The notes beneath the pieces are model-generated. The model did no database searches. It was not told the DNA's origin and saw only the letters and a list, made by a program, of their open reading frames with translations. This document shows positions 56,314-64,000 of a DNA stretch of 64,000 nt, piece after piece; the first letter of the stretch is position 1; every line of letters begins with the position of its first letter. The translations under genes and the position numbers were made by a program. Source of the stretch: an uncultured Candidatus Saccharibacteria bacterium (GTDB lineage Bacteria; Patescibacteriota; Minisyncoccia; Phycocordibacterales; WO2-35-19); the NCBI GenBank assembly GCA_964589445.1, contig CAZPQX010000002.1, positions 91,882 to 155,881 on the forward strand, in the 5' to 3' direction.

Positions 56314-59300
56314 TTAATTATTTTTCTTGATCAAATCAACGTTTAGCGAAAGTCCTCGGAGGTTGCTTAGAAGCACGTTGAATGCTGCGGGTAGGTTTTC
56401 GACCAATATCCTTTCTCCTTTAACTATCGAATCAAATGCTGCGCTCCTTCCCTGTATGTCGTCAGACTTTATTGTGAGCATTTCGCGAAGAGTGTAAGCC
56501 ACACCGTGACCGAGGAGTGCCCAGACTTCCATTTCTCCAAATCTCTGTCCTCCACCTTGTGCTTTTCCTCCAAGAGGCTGCTGAGTGATGAGAGAGTAAG
56601 GACCGATAGAACGCATATGTATCTTGTCCTCCACCATGTGGTCCAGTTTGAGCATGTACATATATCCGACTGCTGTAGGTTTCTTAAAGGCTTCTCCAGT
56701 CCTTCCGTCAAAGAGTTGTACTTTACCGTTCTCGTCCCAACCAGCTTTTTTGAGCTCTTCTTTGACTTCAGTGTCAGTTGCTCCTGCAAAAGGAGGCACG
56801 ACAGCCTGGTATCCAAGGCTCTTTGCTGCAAGCCCTAGGTGAAGCTCGAGGATCTGTCCGAGGTTCATTCTTGATGGCACACCGAGAGGAGTAAGTACCA
56901 TATCTACTGGTGTACCATCTGCCATGTAAGGCATGTCTTCAACTGGAAGTATCTTTGAGATAACTCCTTTGTTTCCGTGTCTTCCGGCGAGCTTGTCACC
57001 CACTGATACATTTCTTACCTGTGCGATTTCAATGTGTATTCTCTTTATGATGCCTGACTCAAGTTTGTCGCCCCTCTCTCTTGAAAATACTTGTATATTT
57101 ATGATTCTTCCTTTCTTTCCACCCTCAACTCTCTTTGATGTGTCTTTCACATCTCTTGATTTTTCACCAAAGAGTGACCTTAGGAGTCTTTCTTCTGGAG
57201 TAAGTTGGGTCTCACCTTTTGGAGTGATTTTTCCTACAAGGATGTCACCTGGAGCCACTTCAGCACCGATCCTGATGATGCCGTCTTCGGCTAGGTTCCT
57301 GAGTTTGCTCTCTCCGACATTTGGTATGTCGCAAGTAGTCACTTCAGGTCCAAGTTTTGTATCGCGGACATTTACTACCACTTCATCTATATGTACAGTT
57401 GTAAATTTGTTGTCTCTGATCAACTTTTCTGAAAGTATGATCGCGTCTTCGTAGTTTGCTCCAGACCATGAAAGGAATGCTATCAAGATATTTTGTCCGA
57501 GAGCCATTTCACCCTTCACGCTTGTGAGAGTGTCAGCCAGCACGCCACCTTTCTTTACTTTATCCCCAAGGTTTACTGAAGGCCTCTGGTGGAAACAAGT
57601 CGCGCTGTTTGTTTTTGAGAAGTTTACAAGTTTGTATTCTGTCTTGTTGCCCTTGCTATCAGTTGTTTCTATTGTTTTACCATCAACCTTTGTGACAGTA
57701 CCTTCTGCTTCAGCCAAGATGAGTCTGCCTGTGTCTCTCATAGCAGCTCCTTCGATACCAGTAGCGACTAGAGGCGCTTCTGGATCTACACAAGGAGTTG
57801 CTTGTTTCTGCATGTTCGAACCCATGAGTGCTCTGTTTGCATCGTCGTGGTTTAGGAATGGGATCATGGCTGTAGCGATAGAAAAGGCTTGTCCTGTAGC
57901 TACATCCATATAGTCAACTTTGTCTTTTGTTACGATGCCTGGATTTCCGTTTATTCTCACTTCTACTGTGTCACCTTTTATTTTGCCGTTTTCGTCTCTG
58001 TCTACCGCGGCGTGAGCAATAGCGAAGTTTTCTTCTTCAAGTGCATTCAAATATTCTATTTCTGCTGTCACTACACCGTTTTTGACTTTGGCATAAGGAG
58101 TTTCGATCATTCCAAACTCGTTTACTCTAGCAAATAGAGCAAGGTGGAGGATAAGACCAATGTTTGGACCTTCTGGTGTATGTATAGGACAAAGTCTTCC
58201 GTAGTGAGAAGGGTGCACGTCGCGGACTTCAAATCCTGCCCTGCTCCTATTTAGACCGCCGGGACCTAGAGCCGAGAGGAGTCTTAAGTGCTCAATTTCT
58301 GAAAGAGGGTTGTCCTGATCCATGAACTGAGAAAGTTGGTTTGTAGTGAAAAACTCTTTCACTCTTGCTTGCAAAGGTTTGGTGACTACAAGCTGGATAG
58401 GTAGAGTGACATCAGTGTCTAGAGTAGACATTTTGTTCTGCATGTTTCTCTTTATCTGGGCCATACCCATCCTAAACTTCTGCTGCATCATTTCACCCAC
58501 ATATCTCACTCTTCTGCTACCTAGGTGGTCCACATCGTCTTCGGTTGCGTCTGGGGTGTTGTTTAGTTTGATTATTTCATTCACTACGAGCTTTATGTCC
58601 TCGAGGTTTAGAGTTCTTCTATCAAATTCTTTCCCTGAAGTTGGGAGGCCAAATCTGGCATTAAAACGGAACCTACCGACTCTCTGGAGGTCATATCTCT
58701 CAACATCAAAAAGGTTTTTGAAGAATTCTTTTGCGTTTTCTGCAGTAGCAAGGTCGCCATCTCGGAGCCTTCTGTATATTTCGACGAAAGATTCCCCTGC
58801 TGTCTTTGCATGGTCCTTTGCGATTGATTTTTCTATGTATTCTTTTGCGTCTGAGTTGCCCTTAAATAGGTCAAAGATTTCTGAGTCTGTCTCAGCTCCA
58901 AAAGCACGGAGCAAAGAAGCGACCGAAAACTTCCTCTTTCTGTCTATTCTTACATATATTACTTTGTCCGCATCAGTCTCTATTTCTATCCAAGCACCTC
59001 TTGAAGGGATGATTTTTGCACCAAAAACAGGCTTGCCTTTTGCTTCCATTTTTGTGAAAAACACACCAAATGACCTTGCGAGTTGAGGTACGATGACTCT
59101 CTCCACACCACTTATGATGAATGTACCGTGGTTGGTCATCATTGGGATTTCAGTCATGAAAACTTCCTGTTCTTTTTCAACATTCAAAGTCTTGTTTGTA
59201 AGCTTCACTTTTGCTTTGAGGGTAGCTTCATAAGTGAGCTTTTTTTCCTTTGCAAAGTATTCGTCATACTTTGGCTTCTCTATACTGAAACCAGTGAACT

Positions 59301-59478
59301 CAAACTTGAACTTTTTGCCTGTGAAGTCGTTTACTGCTGTAAACTCGTCCATCACTTCCTTCACGCCTTTTTCAAGTAGCCACTTGAAAGACTCCACCTG
59401 GTCTTTCACCAAGTTTGGCATCTGAGCCAGGTCTTTTTTGTACTTATCGAAATACTTTTTTGGCAAGACTTTTTCCAT
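56314..59478 (-). CDS. rpoB: RNA polymerase beta subunit
   Basis: GDKLAGRHGNKG, TPEGPNIGL, GGQRFGEME. Confidence 0.99.
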   Translation of the reverse strand: MEKVLPKKYFDKYKKDLAQMPNLVKDQVESFKWLLEKGVKEVMDEFTAVNDFTGKKFKFEFTGFSIEKPKYDEYFAKEKKLTYEATLKAKVKLTNKTLNVEKEQEVFMTEIPMMTNHGTFIISGVERVIVPQLARSFGVFFTKMEAKGKPVFGAKIIPSRGAWIEIETDADKVIYVRIDRKRKFSVASLLRAFGAETDSEIFDLFKGNSDAKEYIEKSIAKDHAKTAGESFVEIYRRLRDGDLATAENAKEFFKNLFDVERYDLQRVGRFRFNARFGLPTSGKEFDRRTLNLEDIKLVVNEIIKLNNTPDATEDDVDHLGSRRVRYVGEMMQQKFRMGMAQIKRNMQNKMSTLDTDVTLPIQLVVTKPLQARVKEFFTTNQLSQFMDQDNPLSEIEHLRLLSALGPGGLNRSRAGFEVRDVHPSHYGRLCPIHTPEGPNIGLILHLALFARVNEFGMIETPYAKVKNGVVTAEIEYLNALEEENFAIAHAAVDRDENGKIKGDTVEVRINGNPGIVTKDKVDYMDVATGQAFSIATAMIPFLNHDDANRALMGSNMQKQATPCVDPEAPLVATGIEGAAMRDTGRLILAEAEGTVTKVDGKTIETTDSKGNKTEYKLVNFSKTNSATCFHQRPSVNLGDKVKKGGVLADTLTSVKGEMALGQNILIAFLSWSGANYEDAIILSEKLIRDNKFTTVHIDEVVVNVRDTKLGPEVTTCDIPNVGESKLRNLAEDGIIRIGAEVAPGDILVGKITPKGETQLTPEERLLRSLFGEKSRDVKDTSKRVEGGKKGRIINIQVFSRERGDKLESGIIKRIHIEIAQVRNVSVGDKLAGRHGNKGVISKILPVEDMPYMADGTPVDMVLTPLGVPSRMNLGQILELHLGLAAKSLGYQAVVPPFAGATDTEVKEELKKAGWDENGKVQLFDGRTGEAFKKPTAVGYMYMLKLDHMVEDKIHMRSIGPYSLITQQPLGGKAQGGGQRFGEMEVWALLGHGVAYTLREMLTIKSDDIQGRSAAFDSIVKGERILVENLPAAFNVLLSNLRGLSLNVDLIKKNN

Positions 59479-59701
59479 AATTTTTTATTAACACAATAAA
59501 ATAACCCCCAAGATTTCTTAGGTTTATAATTTCCCCCCTTTTTAACTATTTGTTTTTAAATGAGTCAAACCAGAGAATTTGCTTTTAATCGGTCCCCCCT
59601 CTAGAGACTTGCCAAAAATTTGGCTTATGCTCTAGACGATTTTGGTTGTAAACAACCCCTCTATTGACAACCATAACTCATCCCTCATCAATGTAAGCTT
59701 T

Positions 59702-59729
59702 AGTATATACCTGAGTTAAAGTTTGTCAA
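59702..59729 (-). promoter_or_regulatory. candidate rpoB promoter giving a ~215-nt leader
   Basis: TTGACA-N16-TATACT on the minus strand. Confidence 0.6.
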
Positions 59730-59880
59730 CTAAGTCAAGATGCACCTGTGGATAGTGAAATCCGCGTTAACCCACCTATTTCTCTGGGGAAACAAAATGG
59801 TCAATAGTACTAAAGGCTTTTATTCAATTCATATTTACAATAGTTTGCGTCTTTGCTAAGGTTTGAATTCTAGAGGTTCT

Positions 59881-60204
59881 ATGCAAGAAAAATTGGTTGG
59901 TATCGGTTCGACGGTAACCGTCGAAGTCTATCTTGGAGAGGTAAAGATTGAGGGTTTCGGTCAGTCTCGGAGGAGATATCTCTCCTATGCTTTACATAAC
60001 AGCCAAACCTTGGTTATCACAAAAGACGCTGCAGATCTAGGTGGTAAAGGTTTACACCCCGACTCCTTTGCCGGGAGAGCTCTTTTGGGTTGTAGGGTTG
60101 CTGATGAGGTAGAGGTAAATATTGGGGGTCTCCCAGTCGAGCAGGTTAAGGTGGGTCAAGCAACTGGTAACCACCTCAAGTATAAAGTTCTCTCAATCAG
60201 CTAA
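59881..60204 (+). CDS. stand-alone GreA/GreB C-terminal-like domain protein (cassette)
   Basis: V.IGSTVTV...S.AGRALLG..V.DEVEV...YKVLSI; GAGG SD; terminator GCGGAGCC..GGCTCCGC. Confidence 0.7.
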   Translation: MQEKLVGIGSTVTVEVYLGEVKIEGFGQSRRRYLSYALHNSQTLVITKDAADLGGKGLHPDSFAGRALLGCRVADEVEVNIGGLPVEQVKVGQATGNHLKYKVLSIS

Positions 60205-60321
60205 TCAGTAGTCAAGTAAAAGCGGAGCCATAGGCTCCGCTAGTTTTTTATAAACAGAAAGACCGCTCGGGATGGCACCCGTGGCGGTCTGGTTTTTTAT
60301 TTTTTGTCTTACCGCAACAAT

Positions 60322-60399
60322 CTAGCGATTATTGCGGTGTTGCCTGGCGGCGCCTTTATTCCAATAAATGACGCCATCTACAATCCAGTAACGCGGCAT
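60322..60399 (-). CDS. 25-aa peptide MPRYWIVDGVIYWNKGAARQHRNNR in its own transcription unit
   Basis: Promoter at 60477-60504, GGAGGT SD, terminator AGACCGC..GCGGTCT-TTCT. Confidence 0.55.
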   Translation of the reverse strand: MPRYWIVDGVIYWNKGAARQHRNNR

Positions 60400-60545
60400 A
60401 GGACACACCTCCATTTAAAGCCCTAAAATAAGGCACTAAATGGAAGTGTCCATACGCTTACTATCTAACTACCTATAGTATAGCATATATACAAACTTTG
60501 TCAAGTATTAAAATAGAGTTTTTTGAGGTGTAGTTTTGGGTCTTT

Positions 60546-61586
60546 TTACCTCCCTGCCCGGAGGAGTGCCACTACAAAGAGCGACTCTGCCCAGCCGAGT
60601 GGGGTGTTTTCGTTGGGTTTATTGGAGTCAGAGTAATAAAGCTCGGGGATTTGGCCGTTGTACGCTATTGCCTTAGATTTTTCGAGATACTCATGAGCTT
60701 TTTCTATGTTCCCCATTTCTCCATAAATGATCGAAGCCCAAGGGAAGCCAAAACACCATTCAGCTTCTTCGCTATAGCCATCATCATTTTTGTTGTAGTA
60801 TCGGTCGTTTTTGTATCTTATTATTCCGCGGTCCCTTTCTAAGTGGTACTCGAGGTGCCTCAAAATTTCTGTTTTCATTCTTTCTGAAACCATATCAAAT
60901 GGATAAATGAGCGAGAGTAGTGCTAGGTCGGTAAATTTGGTCTTAGACTCTCTGGGCAAAAGAGCGAGCAAGGCGTCTTCGCCATTTTTGATTAGATATT
61001 CCGGCACAGTCACATACTCCAAATTTTTCATTTTTTTGAGTCCGGCGACGCAAGCTCCGATAGACGAAGCGTGTACTTCTTCATATTCTTCCCAGACTCC
61101 GTTGTCACTGTCGTGCCAATACTCTATCGACTCAAGGTAATTTACAAGAAGCTGCAGCATGTACTTTTCTTCTTCTGTCTCTATTATCCTGATTCCCTTT
61201 TCTTCCAAATCCCCTATCTTGAAAAGCACCGCACCCACAGCGTCGTTTTGCTTGTTGCCCCACTCCTCCCAAAATTCCTCGAAGCTTTCTGGGTTGTAGC
61301 GGGCATGGATATATTGAAATGTAGAAGTGGGCTTGTTCTTGCTTGCCCAATCTATTTTGTCTTTGTGTTTTATAAATACAGCAAGCAGAGCCTTCCAAAC
61401 CTTCTTCACCGTCTCGACTTCCCCCACTTCTTCAAAAGCGAGGCAAGTGTAAAAGTTGTCCCTGATCCAAGCTTTGTTGTAGCCAGTCGAGACATCACTA
61501 CGGGAAGCCATAAAGAGGCCCGAAGCCGAGCCAAGCGATCTTATATTATCTAGGTGTCTCTCGACTAAATCATTTTCGATAATCAT
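60546..61586 (-). CDS. glycoside hydrolase family 15-like protein
   Basis: Y..AWIRD, Q.D..G, D.GVWEE, PE.Y...N..PLGWAES. Confidence 0.85.
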   Translation of the reverse strand: MIIENDLVERHLDNIRSLGSASGLFMASRSDVSTGYNKAWIRDNFYTCLAFEEVGEVETVKKVWKALLAVFIKHKDKIDWASKNKPTSTFQYIHARYNPESFEEFWEEWGNKQNDAVGAVLFKIGDLEEKGIRIIETEEEKYMLQLLVNYLESIEYWHDSDNGVWEEYEEVHASSIGACVAGLKKMKNLEYVTVPEYLIKNGEDALLALLPRESKTKFTDLALLSLIYPFDMVSERMKTEILRHLEYHLERDRGIIRYKNDRYYNKNDDGYSEEAEWCFGFPWASIIYGEMGNIEKAHEYLEKSKAIAYNGQIPELYYSDSNKPNENTPLGWAESLFVVALLRAGR

Positions 61587-61678
61587 TCGATTTTGCGAAA
61601 TTGTGCGATTCCCCAGAATCGTGCCGTGTTAATGTCTGTTGAAACACGGCCCAGTCCACTGGAGGACGGCCAATTTTT

Positions 61679-61999
61679 TTAGCTTAATAATGACTGCTCA
61701 TAAAGCTTCTTAGCCTCAAGCAAGAGGTCTTTGAGGTACGGTCTCTTGTTTTCCATTAGTTCCGCCATGAGCGGATAACTTTCTTTTGCCTCAACATACA
61801 GAGTCATCACTTTTTCTTCTTGCTTGAAAAACTCGAGCATTTTTAGAGCTATTTTTTCGTCGTAGTAGTTGTCACTCTTGCCTTTTTCGTCAGAAGGTTT
61901 GTTGCTTCTTATTTTTTCTATTATCTCTTTTGCTATATCCGTATCAAGCTGAGCCTGAGCGAGCATAAAGTCTAGCGGATTTTTAACTTCTTTTTTCAT
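61679..61999 (-). CDS. hypothetical protein
   Basis: 106-aa ORF, in frame with the upstream 50-aa ORF. Confidence 0.55.
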   Translation of the reverse strand: MKKEVKNPLDFMLAQAQLDTDIAKEIIEKIRSNKPSDEKGKSDNYYDEKIALKMLEFFKQEEKVMTLYVEAKESYPLMAELMENKRPYLKDLLLEAKKLYEQSLLS

Positions 62000-62008
62000 A
62001 TCTATTTT

Positions 62009-62161
62009 TTAAAATCTCTCTGCCAAGACACCGTGAGCCTTTATCATCTCAGGAGTTATTTCGTGATTATTAAACATTTCCAAAATTCTTGCCTCTGCTT
62101 CCTGATTTCTATCGCCCACTTCTACTGTCTCTACTTTGTTTGTTGTACCTATTCCCTCCAT
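62009..62161 (-). CDS. 50-aa ORF separated from 61679-61999 by one in-frame TAA
   Basis: ...AGA TTT TAA AAA ATA GAT ATG. Confidence 0.45.
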   Translation of the reverse strand: MEGIGTTNKVETVEVGDRNQEAEARILEMFNNHEITPEMIKAHGVLAERF

Positions 62162-62548
62162 GGTTTTGAAAATTATAAATAAATTATTACTTATAATTAT
62201 ACACCCACCCCTGCCTTACCCCTGGGGATATCTAAAAAGTTGAAATATGGACATTTTGTTGTAGTATGCTTGTCAGAAATCGATATGATCTGGGCCATTC
62301 ATCATGGTCTGGGTGTCGAGGGTTGCATCCGTGACCACTGGAAAAACTGCGAGTATAGGGTACTCGAAAAGCCTCGCTAGCTTTCTTCCTACTTGTTCAT
62401 AGTTATCAAACCAAAGCCACGGGCACTCCCCGCGGCTTTTAATTATTTATTTTATTTCCTTTTTAATTTTTTTATATTTATACACTTTTTCTTTTCGCGG
62501 TCGCGAAATTCTGTATATAACAAATGGAACAATTGTTCCATTTGTTGA

Positions 62549-63193
62549 CTAAAATTTTTTTTTCTCTCCCCTCCTCCACTCCTCAATCTTTTTGTGATTT
62601 CCGGAAAGAAGTACTTTTGGTACTTTGTATTTTTTGTTTTTATAAACCAAAACTTCAGGTCTCGTATAAACTTCGCTGCTCGCCACTCTGTTTTCCTCTA
62701 CAGATTCTATTTTCCCTAGGACTCCAGGTATCCTCCTCGCCACTGTGTCCATTATTATCATCGCCGGCAGCTCCCCACCCGTCAAAACGAAAGGCCCGAC
62801 AGAAATACTCTCTGTTTTAAAAACTTTCCTGACTCTCTCGTCTATCCCCTCATACCTGCCGCATATCACGATGAGGTCTTTTATCTTTTTATATTTATCT
62901 GCCTTCTCGTTTGTAAACTGCTCTCCGCTTGGGCTAAGCCATATTATTTTTGAGCTTTTTGATTTTCCTTTTGCTTTAGCCACAGCCTTTATTACTGACT
63001 CTGCTTCTATGACCATGCCTGGGCCGCCGCCATACGGTTTTTGGTCTACCCTCCTGTGCTTATCTCTCGTGAAGTCGCGCGGGTTATAAAATTTAACTTT
63101 TATTTTTTTATCGGCAATAGCCCGCCCTAGGATAGACGAGTTTATATAAGAGTCGAAGCTCTCGGGGAAAAGTGTTATAAAATGAAAATTCAT
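62549..63193 (-). CDS. trmD: tRNA (guanine37-N1)-methyltransferase
   Basis: VD.KPYGGGPGMV, CGRYEGIDER, SVG.FVLTGGE, VLLSGNH..I. Confidence 0.96.
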   Translation of the reverse strand: MNFHFITLFPESFDSYINSSILGRAIADKKIKVKFYNPRDFTRDKHRRVDQKPYGGGPGMVIEAESVIKAVAKAKGKSKSSKIIWLSPSGEQFTNEKADKYKKIKDLIVICGRYEGIDERVRKVFKTESISVGPFVLTGGELPAMIIMDTVARRIPGVLGKIESVEENRVASSEVYTRPEVLVYKNKKYKVPKVLLSGNHKKIEEWRRGEKKKF

Positions 63194-63273
63194 CGTCTCC
63201 TTAATATACAATATTTATCCAAAAAATCAATAAAGAGAAAGGGCGGGCCGCAAGCGGCCCGCCCCACTAAAGA

Positions 63274-63987
63274 TCAGTACACACCACCATCGAGCAGGTG
63301 GCGCTCGATTCCAACTTCCTCGAGAGTGAACCCCCACTCCTTCACTGCCTTATCGGCAAGGGCGCAGAGTCGGCTTCGGTTGGGCATATTGGCCCAATCC
63401 TCCTCCTTGCTCAGGAATTCACGTCTCGCCTCCTCCCTCACCTTATTAACCTCTCGGTGGAGGAGTTTATTGAGATATGGTCTTATTTCAGGGGGCTCAT
63501 CACTTTCGTCAAAGAACCTCCTCTCAAGCTCCTCAAAAAACTCAATCGGGTCTTTATTCTCGCAGTACCCTATGAGTTTCCCGGAGGCCATCATGGTCCT
63601 AAGACTTTGTATGACCTCCTCTTCGATGCCAACATTCGGGGAACCTCCCCTTAACCTGTTGATACCGTATTTGGTTTGCTCCTCTGGTGTCGGAAAGGGT
63701 GTCATAAAGGACATTCTGACATCCAGATCCTGATATGCCCTTGCAATCTTGTAGAGCTCACAGAGCTCCTGCTCCCGCACCAGGGCTTTTGGGGCAGGCC
63801 TCGTCTTGTTCAAGTAATCGTATCCTTTGGCCAGGTCTCTTAACCTGGCCTTCCTTTCTCGCGCAAGTACCTTTTTTTCGAGTGCGACTCTAGATTTTTC
63901 GGCCTCAGCCTGTTGGTGTTGGTTGTTTTGGTATATCCCAAAACCAACAAACCCAGCGCACACAACCATAAGCCAGCCTTTGTTCAT
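63274..63987 (-). CDS. membrane-anchored hypothetical protein (ORFan cassette)
   Basis: AGGAG SD, N-terminal TM, terminator GGGCGGGCCGC..GCGGCCCGCCC-TTT. Confidence 0.75.
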   Translation of the reverse strand: MNKGWLMVVCAGFVGFGIYQNNQHQQAEAEKSRVALEKKVLARERKARLRDLAKGYDYLNKTRPAPKALVREQELCELYKIARAYQDLDVRMSFMTPFPTPEEQTKYGINRLRGGSPNVGIEEEVIQSLRTMMASGKLIGYCENKDPIEFFEELERRFFDESDEPPEIRPYLNKLLHREVNKVREEARREFLSKEEDWANMPNRSRLCALADKAVKEWGFTLEEVGIERHLLDGGVY

Positions 63988-64000
63988 GTGAAGGTCTCCT

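Noticed and set aside
1-64000. Alternative genetic code (UGA=Gly, as in Gracilibacteria/Absconditabacteria)
   Set aside because: Long core genes such as rpoB and rpoC are intact under code 11, and TGA terminates several ORFs.

Overview
The window looks like chromosomal DNA of a Patescibacteria (CPR, probably Parcubacteria-like) bacterium; this is inferred from gene content and order. Housekeeping genes include cysS, gltX, aspS, trpS, hisS, rplI, rpmA, murG/ftsW/mraY, scpAB, uvrC, uppP, rpoB-rpoC-dnaG-rpoD, trmD, tRNA-Ser(GGA) and tRNA-Gly(CCC). The unusual content is mostly non-coding. (1) Seven dispersed copies of a ~50-110 bp element have a conserved GAAAAGCAC...TCAAGGC(T/A)TTT core inside variable, still-pairing arms, and most sit just behind stop codons. 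(2) Stand-alone cassettes (sigma70 promoter, strong Shine-Dalgarno, ORFan/peptide/ncRNA, intrinsic terminator) contrast with apparently leaderless, SD-less housekeeping genes; one encodes a protein with an outer-membrane beta-barrel-like C-terminus. (3) Tandem ncRNA cassettes share a 73-bp identical promoter block. (4) Both tRNAs are followed by elements that duplicate the tRNA 3' end, one containing a GIY-YIG gene between inverted repeats. (5) Palindromic or repeat-like segments are inserted in frame in uvrC, gltX and a methyltransferase. All calls come from reading the sequence; no searches were run.
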